A stretch of 64,000 nt of DNA from assembly GCA_040767805.1 (NCBI GenBank), contig JAXGNU010000001.1:160001-224000 (forward strand). Reading direction: 5' to 3'. The notes below the pieces were generated by a model. The model worked only from the letters and a program-made list of their open reading frames with translations. It did not search any database and was not told the DNA's origin. Shown here piece by piece: positions 22,804-32,109 of this stretch. The first letter of the stretch is position 1; every line of letters starts with the position of its first letter. The position numbers were made by a program, and so were the translations under genes. The stretch comes from Thermovirgaceae bacterium (lineage in GTDB: Bacteria > Synergistota > Synergistia > Synergistales > Thermovirgaceae).

Positions 22804-24099
22804 CTACGGCTGCCGCCGGGCGGCGCGGCGCAGCAGGTCCTCCCTGCACCGTCTCACCTCGCCCATCACGGCGTCGTGGTCCTGGCCGGGGAACTCACCG
22901 TCCCGGTAGAGCCACTTCCCGGCGCACATCGTACCAAGTATATCGGAACTGGAGCCGGCGTAAACGAGAAAATCGACGATATTTTCGCGGTCCCACCCCA
23001 CGTAGTGGGGCCGGTCCAGGTCGATCATGACCAGGTCCGCCTGCCAGCCCTCCCGGAGGAGCCCCACATCGCTGAAACCCGCCGAGGCGGCCCCCGAGAG
23101 GGTCGCCATCCGGAAGACGTCGCGGGAGGCCATGACGGTGGGGTCCTTCAGGGCGCCCTTGTGCAGAAGGGCGCAGAGCCTCATCTCCTCCCAGAGGTCG
23201 AGCCGGTTGTTGCTCGCCGCCCCGTCGGTGCCGAGGGAGAGGGGAACGCCGCCGTCCAGGAAGGCCTGGGCCGGGGCGTGGCCGCTGCCCAGCTTCATGT
23301 TGCTCGACGGGTTGTGGGCCACCGTCGCGCCGGTTCCAGCCAGGCCGGGTATCTCGGAAGGGGGGAACCAGACGCAGTGGGCGAGGATGGCCGGGCATGA
23401 ACCCAGGAGGCCGGCCTCCTCCAGGTACGCCACGGGAGAGAGGCCGTACTTATCCTTGAGGAAGGACGGTTCCCACTCGGCCTCGAGGAAGTGGAAGTGC
23501 ACCCCCGCTCCTATCTCCGCGGCCAGGGCCGTTATGCCCTTCATCGCTTCCAGGGAGACCGTGTAGGGGGCGTGGGGCCCCAGCTGCACCGTGACAAGGT
23601 CCCTGCCGTGCCAGCGGCGGAAGAGATCGGCCCCCTCCCGGGCCTTGGCGGGGTCGTCGCCGGTGAGCCCCCGGCTCAGGCAGCACCGGATGCCCCTCTC
23701 GGCGGCGGCCCTGGCCACCTCGTCCATCTCGAAGTACATGTCGCAAAAACAGGTCGTCCCCGTGGAGGCCATCTCCATGACGGCCCCCCTGGTCCCCCAG
23801 TAGATGTGCTCCGGGAGGAGCCCCGCCTCGACGGGCCATATCCTCTCCTGGAGCCACTCCATGACGGGCAGTTCCTCCCCCAGCCCCCGGAGGAGGACCA
23901 TGGCGGCGTGGGTGTGGCCGTTGACGAAGCCCGGCGCCAGGAGGGCCTTCCCCTCACCCCTGACCGTCTCGCCGCCAGAAGGCCCGGGGAGGTCTTTCCC
24001 CAGGCGCGCTATCCTGCCGCCCTCGACCAGGAGGTCGCCCCGGGCCGCCCTTCCCATCTCGGAATCGATGTAATAAAAATCTTTGAAAAGGACAGCCAC
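22804..24099 (-). CDS. mtaD: Amidohydrolase, MTA/SAH deaminase family
   Basis: NGHTH, PHAPYT, HFHFLE, HNPSSNMKL, GTDGAASNN; adjacent to ahcY and mtnA. Confidence 0.75.
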   Translation of the reverse strand: MAVLFKDFYYIDSEMGRAARGDLLVEGGRIARLGKDLPGPSGGETVRGEGKALLAPGFVNGHTHAAMVLLRGLGEELPVMEWLQERIWPVEAGLLPEHIYWGTRGAVMEMASTGTTCFCDMYFEMDEVARAAAERGIRCCLSRGLTGDDPAKAREGADLFRRWHGRDLVTVQLGPHAPYTVSLEAMKGITALAAEIGAGVHFHFLEAEWEPSFLKDKYGLSPVAYLEEAGLLGSCPAILAHCVWFPPSEIPGLAGTGATVAHNPSSNMKLGSGHAPAQAFLDGGVPLSLGTDGAASNNRLDLWEEMRLCALLHKGALKDPTVMASRDVFRMATLSGAASAGFSDVGLLREGWQADLVMIDLDRPHYVGWDRENIVDFLVYAGSSSDILGTMCAGKWLYRDGEFPGQDHDAVMGEVRRCREDLLRRAARRQP

Positions 24100-24105
24100 G
24101 GCCCT

Positions 24106-25368
24106 TCACTCCCTCCACTGGCGCAGGTACTCTTCCTGCTCCCTGGTAGGCGCCTCGAGCCGGATGCCCCTCGCCTCGAGGGCCGTCCTGACCACGTCGG
24201 AATCTATCTCGCCGGGGACGTCGTATACGCCCGGGGGCAGCCGGTTTTCGGCCAGGTGCAGGACCGACCCCAGTTGGAGGCCGAAGCTCAGGTCCATGAT
24301 CTCTATGGGGTGCCCGTCGCCGGCGGCGAGGTTGACTAGCCTCCCCTGGGCGAGGAGGCTTATCCTCCTGCCGTCGCCTAGGACGTAGGTGGTGACGTTG
24401 TCCCTGGCCTCGCAGACCTCCTTCGAGAGTTGCTCGAGGGCGATCTTGTCGATCTCTACGTCGAAATGACCGGCGTTGCCCAGGATGGCCCCGTCCTTCA
24501 TGACCCGGAAGTGCTCCTCCCGGATGACGTCCCTGTTGCCCGTGAGGGTCAGGAACAGGTCGCCCATGGCCGCGGCCTCCATCATATCGCAGACCTGGCA
24601 TCCGTCCATCAGGGCCTCGAAGGCCCTGTGGGGGTCCGTCTCGACGACGACGACCCTGGCGCCGAAGCCCTTGGCCCTCATGGCGACGCCGCGGCCGCAC
24701 CAGCCGTAGCCCGCCACGACGAAGACCTTGCCGGCGATGAGGACGTTGGTGGCCCTCATCAGCCCGTCGAAGACGGACTGGCCCGTCCCGTAGCGGTTGT
24801 CGAAGAGGAACTTGCTCCTGGCGTCGTTGACGGAGATCACCGGGAAGGCCAGGACACCCTGGTCCATCATGGCCTTGAGCCTCCTGACGCCGGTGGTGGT
24901 CTCCTCGGACCCGCCCCTCACCCGGGGAAGGAGCGCCGGGTACTTCTCGTGGGCCGTCACCACCAGGTCGGCCCCGTCGTCGACGAGGATCCCCGGCGAG
25001 CGGTCCAGGACGGACTCCAGGTTTTCGAAATACTCCCTCCCGCTCATCCCCCTCCAACTGAAGACGGCGACGCCCTCCCTGACGAGGTAGGCGCAGACGT
25101 CGTCCTGGGTGGAGAGGGGGTTGCTCCCCGCGGCGGCCACCTCGGCGCCCAGTTCCTTAAGGGCGAGCAGGAGGCAGGCCGTTTTTGCCTCCAGGTGCAG
25201 GCAGGCCCCCACGGTCACGCCGGAGAGGGGCCTTTCGCCCTCGCTCCTCTCGACGAACTTCGCCAGGACGGGCATCCTCCCTCTGGCCCAGAGGACCTTC
25301 CTTTCACCCTCCCCGGAAAGGGAGGCGTCGGCGATGCGGGAACCCTTCAAGGGACCATCTCCTGTCAT
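24106..25368 (-). CDS. ahcY: Adenosylhomocysteinase (short form)
   Basis: CLHLEAKT, SNPLSTQD, EETTTGV, FDNRYGTG, GYGWCGRG, GHF, GRLVNL. Confidence 0.93.
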   Translation of the reverse strand: MTGDGPLKGSRIADASLSGEGERKVLWARGRMPVLAKFVERSEGERPLSGVTVGACLHLEAKTACLLLALKELGAEVAAAGSNPLSTQDDVCAYLVREGVAVFSWRGMSGREYFENLESVLDRSPGILVDDGADLVVTAHEKYPALLPRVRGGSEETTTGVRRLKAMMDQGVLAFPVISVNDARSKFLFDNRYGTGQSVFDGLMRATNVLIAGKVFVVAGYGWCGRGVAMRAKGFGARVVVVETDPHRAFEALMDGCQVCDMMEAAAMGDLFLTLTGNRDVIREEHFRVMKDGAILGNAGHFDVEIDKIALEQLSKEVCEARDNVTTYVLGDGRRISLLAQGRLVNLAAGDGHPIEIMDLSFGLQLGSVLHLAENRLPPGVYDVPGEIDSDVVRTALEARGIRLEAPTREQEEYLRQWRE

Positions 25369-26384
25369 TTTGTCTTCTTGTCGTCCAGGGCGGAAAAATC
25401 GTAGGGGGGTCCGAAAACCCCTTTTTCGCAGATGAAAGCCTTTACGTACCTGGCGGGGGTCACGTCGAAGGCCGGATTCCAGACCTTCACCCCCTCGGGC
25501 AGCCTCCCGCCGCCGGGGAGGAGGCGCACCTCCTCGTCGGGGCGCTCCTCGATGACGATGTCCTCCCCCGACGGGAGGGAGGTGTCGAAGGTGCTCCAGG
25601 GGGCCGCCGCGTAGAAGGGGACGCCGTGCTCCCTGGCGAGGATCGCCAGGCTGTAGGTGCCGATCTTGTTGGCGAAGTCGCCGTTGGAGGCTACCCGGTC
25701 GGCCCCTACGATGACGGCGTCGATGCCGCGGTTCTTCATGAGCGACGCCGCCATGGAGTCGCAGATGACGGTCACGTCGAAACCTTCCTCGGCCAGTTCC
25801 CACGCGGAAAGGCGGGAGCCCTGGAGGACGGGCCTCGTCTCGCCGAGGTAGACCTTGACCTCCTTGCCGCTCTCCCTGGCGGCCCTGACGACCCCGAGGG
25901 CCGTGCCGTAACCGCCGGTGGCGAGGGCACCGGCGTTGCAGTGGCTCAGGACGCTGCACTTCCTCGGGAGGAGGGCCTGGCCCAGGAAGCCCATGGCGCG
26001 GTTTGCGGCCCGGTCCTCTTCCAGTATCCGCCGCGCCTCCTCCAGCAGCGCCGACCGCAACTCCTCCCCTTTGGGGGTGGCGAGGGCCTTTTCGAGCATC
26101 CTCTCCACGGCCCAGGAGAGGTTCACCGCCGTGGGCCTCGTCGAAGCAAGCCTCAAGGCGGCGGCCCTAACCCCTTCCAGGCCTCCGTCGGCGGCGAGGG
26201 CCATGCCGAAGGCCGCGGCGATGCCTATCGCCGGGGCCCCCCTGACGGCGAGGCTCTCGATGGCCCGGGCGACGCACTCGGGGTCGCCGCACCGGATGCG
26301 CTCGACCTTCGAGGGCAAAAGCCTCTGGTCCAGCAGCACCAGCCGCCCGCCCTCGGGGTCCCACTCCACGGCCCGGACGCTCAT
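25365..26384 (-). CDS. mtnA: S-methyl-5-thioribose-1-phosphate isomerase
   Basis: LDQRLLP, VRGAPAIG, RPTAVNL, HCNAGALAT, ETRP, NKIGTY, NPAFDVTP. Confidence 0.93.
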   Translation of the reverse strand: MSVRAVEWDPEGGRLVLLDQRLLPSKVERIRCGDPECVARAIESLAVRGAPAIGIAAAFGMALAADGGLEGVRAAALRLASTRPTAVNLSWAVERMLEKALATPKGEELRSALLEEARRILEEDRAANRAMGFLGQALLPRKCSVLSHCNAGALATGGYGTALGVVRAARESGKEVKVYLGETRPVLQGSRLSAWELAEEGFDVTVICDSMAASLMKNRGIDAVIVGADRVASNGDFANKIGTYSLAILAREHGVPFYAAAPWSTFDTSLPSGEDIVIEERPDEEVRLLPGGGRLPEGVKVWNPAFDVTPARYVKAFICEKGVFGPPYDFSALDDKKTK

Positions 26385-27607
26385 GCCCTGGCCCCCGGCT
26401 TGAGGCCCCCGGCCCGGACGGAATCGACCCTCGTTTTGGCCCTCCCGTCGAGGAAGGCCACGACCAGTTCGTCGCCGGAGGAGACTTCCGCCGCCCTGGC
26501 GACGGGGGAACCGTCGGCCTTCGAGCAGGAGGCGAAGCCCCTGGCAAGGGTCTTGAGGGGCGAAAGGGCGTCGAGGGCCGAGGCGGCCTCCCCGAAGAGG
26601 GACCACGCAAGGGCCAGAGTCCTCTCGATGGAGGTCACGGCCCGGACCCGGAGCCTCTCCAGTTCAGTCCCGGCGGGGAAGAGGGCGGACCTCTCGAAGG
26701 ACCTCGCCAGGGAGTCCGCCCTGCCGTCGAGGAGCAGGCGGTGGCGATGCATCTCCCGGTCGAGGCTGGCCGCCATCAGTGCCCTGGAGCCGGCCACCCG
26801 GCGGAGGAGGTCGCCCTTGTCGGGGAAGAGGGCCTCGGCGGCCGCCGAGGGTGTGGGGGCGTCGTAGTCGGCGGCCAGGTCGGAGAGGGTCCGGTCCACC
26901 TGGTGCCCCAGCCCCGTTACCACCGGGACGCGGCAGTTCCTGACGGCCCTGACCACTTCCTCCTCGTCGAAGGGGTTGAGGTCGTCGCGGCTGCCCCCGC
27001 CCCTCACGAGCATGACCGCCTCGACGCCGGGGAGGTTCCCGGCCCGGGCAAGGCCCCGGGTTATCTCCTCGATCGCACCGGCCCCCTGGACCAGCGTGGG
27101 GACGACTATTATGCGGCAGAGGGGGAACCTCTCCCGGGCCACCTTGATGACATCCCTGACGGCGGCACCGGTGGGCGAGGTCACGACGGCGACCTCGAGG
27201 GGAAGGGGCGGGAGCCTCCTCTTGACGGAGGGTTCGAAAAGGCCCTCCTTCTGGAGGCGCTCCAGGAGTTCCTTTTTCGCCCTGGTCTGGGCGGCCTCCC
27301 CCAGGGGCCTGATGGTCCTGGCATAGACCTGGTAGGTGCCCCTCGGGCCGTAAACGCCGACCTTCCCCGTGACCAGGACCTCGTCGCCGTCGGCGGGCCA
27401 CGAGGGAACGCACCCGGCGTCGGACCGGAAGAGGGCGCAGGAGACCCTCGTCTGGTCGCCGAGGAGGGTGAAGTAGACGTGACCGCTGGTGTGGCGCTTG
27501 AAACCCGACAGGGTGCCCCTCACCTGGAGGCTGGAGAGGACCTCGCTCTCCTCGAAGAGGAAGCTGATGTAGCGGGTCAGTTCATCGACGGTCAGGATCC
27601 CCGCCAT
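26381..27607 (-). CDS. xseA: Exodeoxyribonuclease VII large subunit
   Basis: SGHVYFTL, VTSPTGAA, RGGGS.DDL, GH..D, TPSAAAE. Confidence 0.93.
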   Translation of the reverse strand: MAGILTVDELTRYISFLFEESEVLSSLQVRGTLSGFKRHTSGHVYFTLLGDQTRVSCALFRSDAGCVPSWPADGDEVLVTGKVGVYGPRGTYQVYARTIRPLGEAAQTRAKKELLERLQKEGLFEPSVKRRLPPLPLEVAVVTSPTGAAVRDVIKVARERFPLCRIIVVPTLVQGAGAIEEITRGLARAGNLPGVEAVMLVRGGGSRDDLNPFDEEEVVRAVRNCRVPVVTGLGHQVDRTLSDLAADYDAPTPSAAAEALFPDKGDLLRRVAGSRALMAASLDREMHRHRLLLDGRADSLARSFERSALFPAGTELERLRVRAVTSIERTLALAWSLFGEAASALDALSPLKTLARGFASCSKADGSPVARAAEVSSGDELVVAFLDGRAKTRVDSVRAGGLKPGARA

Positions 27608-28049
27608 GGGGTTTTTCCGCTCCTTCCTCGCTCTCCAGGGCCCTTACGATCTTGCCCAGCACGCCGTTCACGAACCTGCCCGACTCGGCGGTGCCGAACT
27701 GCTTCGAAAGTTCCACCGCCTCGGAGATGGCCACCGGCACCGGTATCATCCCGGCGACGACGCTCTCGTAGAGGGCGAGCCTTATGGCCACGCGGTCTAC
27801 GATGACCATCCGCTCGGGCCTCCAGCCGACGATATGCTTCCTCACCAGGTCGTCGATGCCGTTCTTGCTCTTGAAGACCCCCAGGACCAGCAGGGCGGCG
27901 TAGCTCTTGACTTCTTCGTCCTCGGCGTCGAAGGGGTACAGTTCCACCGCCAGTTCCGGCGTGACGCCCTCGCGCATATCCATGGAATAGAGGATCTGGA
28001 GGGCGATCTCCCTCGACCTTCTTCTCTTCTGGGGAAGGATGGCCTTCAA
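27582..28049 (-). CDS. nusB: Transcription antitermination factor NusB
   Basis: RRRSREIALQILY, VAISEAVELSK.FG, FVNGVL; TTG start overlapping the upstream stop. Confidence 0.92.
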   Translation of the reverse strand: MKAILPQKRRRSREIALQILYSMDMREGVTPELAVELYPFDAEDEEVKSYAALLVLGVFKSKNGIDDLVRKHIVGWRPERMVIVDRVAIRLALYESVVAGMIPVPVAISEAVELSKQFGTAESGRFVNGVLGKIVRALESEEGAEKPHGGDPDRR

Positions 28050-28552
28050 CTTGCCCCCGTCCCCCCACCGGGCCTCTTGCCCAGGCGCTGCCGGAACCAC
28101 CGGCGTATCTCGCCTCCCCGCTCGGTGGTGAAGAGCGCCGCCGCCGCGAAGGCCGCGACTCCCCAGGCCGTGGACAAAAGGGTCCCGGAGAACCCCATCC
28201 TGAGGACCGCCACCAGCACCCAGGCCGCAACCCCCCAGGCCAGGGGGTTACGCGCCAGGCCCGAGGCCGCCAGGCTCTCCCCGAAACCGCCCTGCCTGGT
28301 CCACCCCGCCTGGATGTTCGAAAAACCCAGTTCCAGGGCGAATTCCCTGAAATTGTCCTCGGCGGTCGTCATAGCCGCGGCTGACAACCCCGGTTCGCGG
28401 ACAAAGGAGGCATTGAGCGTGTCCCGGTCCGCCAGGAGGATCACCTCCGAGCATTCGGGGCCCTCGGGGTGCATCCTGCTGAAGGCGTCCCGGAGGCCTT
28501 CCCCGGAAAGCCAGAGTTCACCCTCTTCTCCCGATCTCCAGAAGTAAAACAC
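28046..28552 (-). CDS. Hypothetical membrane protein (two C-terminal hydrophobic helices)
   Basis: Fills the asp23-nusB gap; GTG at 28552 preceded by GGGAGG (alternative ATG at 28567). Confidence 0.6.
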   Translation of the reverse strand: MFYFWRSGEEGELWLSGEGLRDAFSRMHPEGPECSEVILLADRDTLNASFVREPGLSAAAMTTAEDNFREFALELGFSNIQAGWTRQGGFGESLAASGLARNPLAWGVAAWVLVAVLRMGFSGTLLSTAWGVAAFAAAALFTTERGGEIRRWFRQRLGKRPGGGTGAS

Positions 28553-28573
28553 TCCGACCCCTCCCATAACATG

Positions 28574-28599
28574 AAAGGCCGGTCCCAGGGGGACCGGCC
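28574..28599 (-). terminator. GC-rich hairpin with short U-tract
   Basis: GGCCGGTCCC-agg-GGGACCGGCC preceded by AAA on the + strand. Confidence 0.45.
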
Positions 28600-28711
28600 G
28601 CTTGATAACCGGGCTCGGCCGGTTCGATCAGGGCTTGTCCTTTTACCAGTGCCGGAAACACCGGCTTTAGCCCTTCCAGGGCGCGGGGCCCCTCCCCCTC
28701 ACGGGGCGGGG

Positions 28712-29239
28712 TCATTCCTTTTTGTCTTTCTCTTTCTCTTTTTCTTTTTCCTTTTCCTTCGCTTTTTCCGCTTCCTTCTTTTTCTTTTCGTCGCCCGGTT
28801 CCTTAACGGCACTCTGTTCGTGCTCGAAGTAGACCCCCTGGACGAAGACGTTCACGCCCTTGACGGCGTAACCGGTGAACTGTTCCAGGGTCTTCTTGAT
28901 GGACTCCTGGACGTCCCAGGCGACGTCGGGGATCCTGAGGCCGTACCTCGTGGTGATGAAGGCATCGACCACCACGGAAGGCGTCTCCCCCTCCTCGACG
29001 GAGATGCGCACCCCGCCGGAGGTCTTCTTGCCCAGTCTCAGGTTGGCCACCAGGCCGGGACTGGCCGGTTGAACGCCGTTCACCTTGAGAAGGGCCTGGG
29101 TGGCGATCTGGCCTATGACCTCTTCCGATATCTTGACGGTGCCCTCGCTCTTCTCCTCCGGCATCAAGGGGTCCGTCACCGGGGCGTCGGCACCCATGAC
29201 GGCCTCTTCCTGGTCAAGTTCTTTTTTGGATGGGCTCAT
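28712..29239 (-). CDS. Asp23/Gls24 family protein with Lys/Glu-rich tail
   Basis: GTVKISEEVI, YG.RIPDVA..VQ, VNVFVQGV. Confidence 0.88.
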   Translation of the reverse strand: MSPSKKELDQEEAVMGADAPVTDPLMPEEKSEGTVKISEEVIGQIATQALLKVNGVQPASPGLVANLRLGKKTSGGVRISVEEGETPSVVVDAFITTRYGLRIPDVAWDVQESIKKTLEQFTGYAVKGVNVFVQGVYFEHEQSAVKEPGDEKKKKEAEKAKEKEKEKEKEKDKKE

Positions 29240-29274
29240 GGCCTCCCCCTCCTCCCGTTGATCTTAGAACATAA

Positions 29275-29667
29275 TCAATCCTGTATCACGAAACCGCACT
29301 CGGGACACTGGAGGGCCCCGTCCTCCGCCCGCGCCTCGGGCTTGAAGAAGAAGACGTGGCCGCACTCGGGGCACTCCAGGGAGTCGAAGGCCCCTCCCGG
29401 CTCGTCCTCGAGCAGGTCGTCCACGTCCTCCAGGTCGCCCTCGAGCCGGTCCATGTCCTCTTCCAGCTGCTCGCAGTACTCCGAGAGGTCCTCGATGGTC
29501 TCCCGGTGCTCCTCCAGGATCTCCTCGTGGTCGTCTATCTCGTCGGCCAGGGCGTGGAGCGCCTCGACGACGGCGAAGTAGATCTTTCTCTCGGGGTCGC
29601 CCTTGGGGTCAAGCCCCTCCAGGAGGCCTTCCAGGAACGCGATCTTCTCCCTTGCACCCATAACCAT
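29275..29667 (-). CDS. Acidic coiled-coil plus zinc-ribbon protein (CD1247-like)
   Basis: EKIAFLEGLLEG N-terminus, CPECGH...CPECG C-terminus; follows efp. Confidence 0.7.
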   Translation of the reverse strand: MVMGAREKIAFLEGLLEGLDPKGDPERKIYFAVVEALHALADEIDDHEEILEEHRETIEDLSEYCEQLEEDMDRLEGDLEDVDDLLEDEPGGAFDSLECPECGHVFFFKPEARAEDGALQCPECGFVIQD

Positions 29668-29683
29668 CAACCCCCTCGCGGTT

Positions 29684-30256
29684 TTAACGTTTGGCCCTTT
29701 CGAGGTATTCGCCCGTCCGGGTATCCACCACGATGATCTCGCCCGTCTCGATGAACATGGGGACCGTTAGGGTGAGCCCCGTCTCCAGGGTCGCCGGCTT
29801 GCCGCCGCCCGAGACAGTGTCCCCCTTGTAGCCCGGCGAGGTCTCCACGACCTTCAGTTCCACGCTGTTGGGGAGTTCCACCCCCATGATCTTCCCCTCG
29901 AAGACCTCCAGCCCCACCTCGAGGTTGTCCGTCAGGAAGCCGGCCGCCGGGCCGAGGCTGTCCTTGTGGATGTAGATCTGGTCGTAGTTCTCCATGTCCA
30001 TGAAGACGTAGTTCTCCCCGTCCTGGTAGAGGAACTGGGCCGCCTTGTCGTCGAAGATGACCCTCTCCAGTCTCTCGCCGGACCGGAAGGAATTCTCCAC
30101 AATGGAGCCGTTGTCGAGGTTGCGGAGCCTGGTCCTGACTATGGCCCCGCCCCGGCCCATCTTGTGGTGCTGGCAGTCGATGATCTCCCAGATGCCCCCC
30201 TGCCAGAGGACCTTCATGCCGGAATGGAAGCTGCTCGTATCCACCACTTGACCCAT
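29684..30256 (-). CDS. efp: Elongation factor P
   Basis: HHKMGRGGA loop, QFLY.DG, PGYKGDT, KPATLETG, VDTRTGEY. Confidence 0.95.
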   Translation of the reverse strand: MGQVVDTSSFHSGMKVLWQGGIWEIIDCQHHKMGRGGAIVRTRLRNLDNGSIVENSFRSGERLERVIFDDKAAQFLYQDGENYVFMDMENYDQIYIHKDSLGPAAGFLTDNLEVGLEVFEGKIMGVELPNSVELKVVETSPGYKGDTVSGGGKPATLETGLTLTVPMFIETGEIIVVDTRTGEYLERAKR

Positions 30257-30372
30257 GAAGCGGACCCTCCTGCCGACGAAAAAAGGATAGGCTTTCGCGA
30301 CGGCGCGGGCCGCGCCGTCCCGCCTAGTTTAACCTCTAGGGGACCAGGTTTCCAGCCCCCCGGCGGGCTGAC

Positions 30373-32109
30373 CTAGTTCAGCCTGACATCGCTGCCCTGG
30401 ATCAGGGTCTCGGGGACGTCCAGGATGTAGGGGACCACCACCATGATGACCTCCGACTTGGAGACATTGGTGCTCCTCCCCTTGAAGAGTTCGCCCAGCA
30501 GGGGGATCTCGGAGATCACCGGCACCTTCCAGACGTTGTGGGTCTTGCTCTCGTGGAAAAGACCGCCCACGACGAAGGGCTCGCCGTCCCTGACCCTGAC
30601 GATGGTCTGTACCTCGCGGGTGCTCGACTCCGGTATGTACCCCCTCAGCAGGGAGTCGTAGGTGAGCTTGGCGTCGCCGGTCTTGACGTTCATCTCTATG
30701 GTGACTATATCGGAACGGCCCACGGTGGGGGTGAACTCCAGGGCCGGGCCCGACTCGACCTCGCCGTAGGTGGGCCTGCCCTGGTCGTCCCGCTCGGAAA
30801 CGTACTTGATATCGGTGAGGAGTTTTATGGAGGCCTTCTGGCCGTCGAGGGTGACCACCGACGGGCTGGCGAGCATCTTGGCCTTTTCATCCTTCACCAG
30901 CACCTGCAGCCCGGCGTCGAAGAACCCCAGGGCGCTGCCGGCCATGTCGGGGAAGGTGATGCTCTCCGGGGGGTTGACCTCCCGGGCGGTCCGGGCCGGG
31001 TCGTAGACGCCGGTCTTGTCGACGTCGTCATAGTAGCCCAGGGTCCCGCCGGAACTGGAGAAGGAGGCGTACCACCTCTCGTAGACGGCGTTCACCAGGG
31101 TCTTCACCTCGTCTGAGCCCGTATCGGAGACCTCCACGATCCTGGCCTGGAGCATGACCTGCCTCCCAGGGTGGTCTATCCTCTGGAGGGTGACCGCCAC
31201 GTCCTCCAGCCTCTCCTCGGAGGCGGTGACGTAGACCGTCCGGAGCCGCTCGTCCACGACGACCTCGGTCACGCCGGAAAGCCCCTGGAGGAGGGCCGGG
31301 ATGTGGGCCAGGTCGGCGTAGGAGACCCTGAAGGAGCGGGTCTTCTGCATCCCCATCGTGCGGGAGAGGTTGTCCTTCTTGCCGATGATGATGGTCTTGC
31401 CCATGATGGCGTAGGAGACGTCGTACATCCTCATCAGGTAGGCGAAGGCCTCGTTCATCGGGACCTTGTCCAGGCTCAGCGTGACCGGCATCGACGGGAC
31501 CGAGGGGTCGATGACCACGTTCATCTTCACCATGGTCCCCAGCATCCGGAAGACGTCCCTCAGGTCCGCGTCGCGCAGGTTGAGCGTCACCGGCGAAGAC
31601 GAGGCGAAGGGGTCGCCGGCCGTGACCTTCGGCACCCCCAGTACGGGCAGGGGGATATCCTCAGCCATGGCCTCACCGGTGCTGAGGTGGAGGTGGATCG
31701 TCGGGCTCGGCGGGTCGCCCACGGCCCGGGTCATGAAAAGCCTCCTCGTGGCGAGGACCCTCATCACGACGCCGTCGTCCTCCTGCCTCAACTTCACGCC
31801 TTGCACCAGCGGCGTGGGGAATGACTTCTGCCAGGTCCCCGAGGGGAGGACCGTCCCCTCCCAGAGGAGGGTCAGGGCGTGATCGTCGGTGGCGAGGACC
31901 ATCGGGACGGGCAGGTCCTCACCGGTGACCTGGAAGACCGCCATCGCGGAGCCGCCCTGGGTGAGGGTGAGCCCCAGGATCTTCGGGGGGGACTCTTCAG
32001 CCTTTTCGGCGGCGACCTCCCCGGGAGCCTGGGCGGCGGCGCCGGGGCCGGCGAGGCACGGGGAGAGCAGGAGGGCCGACAGGAAAAGGACCCCCAGGAC
32101 CCTCATCAC
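30373..32109 (-). CDS. pilQ: Type IV pilus / T2SS-type secretin
   Basis: Signal peptide, LNLRDADLRDVF, QVMLQARIVEV, VRVRDGEPFVVGGL, IPLLGELFK. Confidence 0.85.
   Translation of the reverse strand: MMRVLGVLFLSALLLSPCLAGPGAAAQAPGEVAAEKAEESPPKILGLTLTQGGSAMAVFQVTGEDLPVPMVLATDDHALTLLWEGTVLPSGTWQKSFPTPLVQGVKLRQEDDGVVMRVLATRRLFMTRAVGDPPSPTIHLHLSTGEAMAEDIPLPVLGVPKVTAGDPFASSSPVTLNLRDADLRDVFRMLGTMVKMNVVIDPSVPSMPVTLSLDKVPMNEAFAYLMRMYDVSYAIMGKTIIIGKKDNLSRTMGMQKTRSFRVSYADLAHIPALLQGLSGVTEVVVDERLRTVYVTASEERLEDVAVTLQRIDHPGRQVMLQARIVEVSDTGSDEVKTLVNAVYERWYASFSSSGGTLGYYDDVDKTGVYDPARTAREVNPPESITFPDMAGSALGFFDAGLQVLVKDEKAKMLASPSVVTLDGQKASIKLLTDIKYVSERDDQGRPTYGEVESGPALEFTPTVGRSDIVTIEMNVKTGDAKLTYDSLLRGYIPESSTREVQTIVRVRDGEPFVVGGLFHESKTHNVWKVPVISEIPLLGELFKGRSTNVSKSEVIMVVVPYILDVPETLIQGSDVRLN

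Noticed and set aside
28518..28715. 65-aa ORF overlapping the asp23 stop
   Set aside because: No motif, crosses a terminator-like hairpin and overlaps the next gene start
28712..28790. Hexamer-like repeats at the asp23 3' end as a phase-variable tract
   Set aside because: In-frame, imperfect, encoding a KE-rich tail; unit changes would not shift the frame
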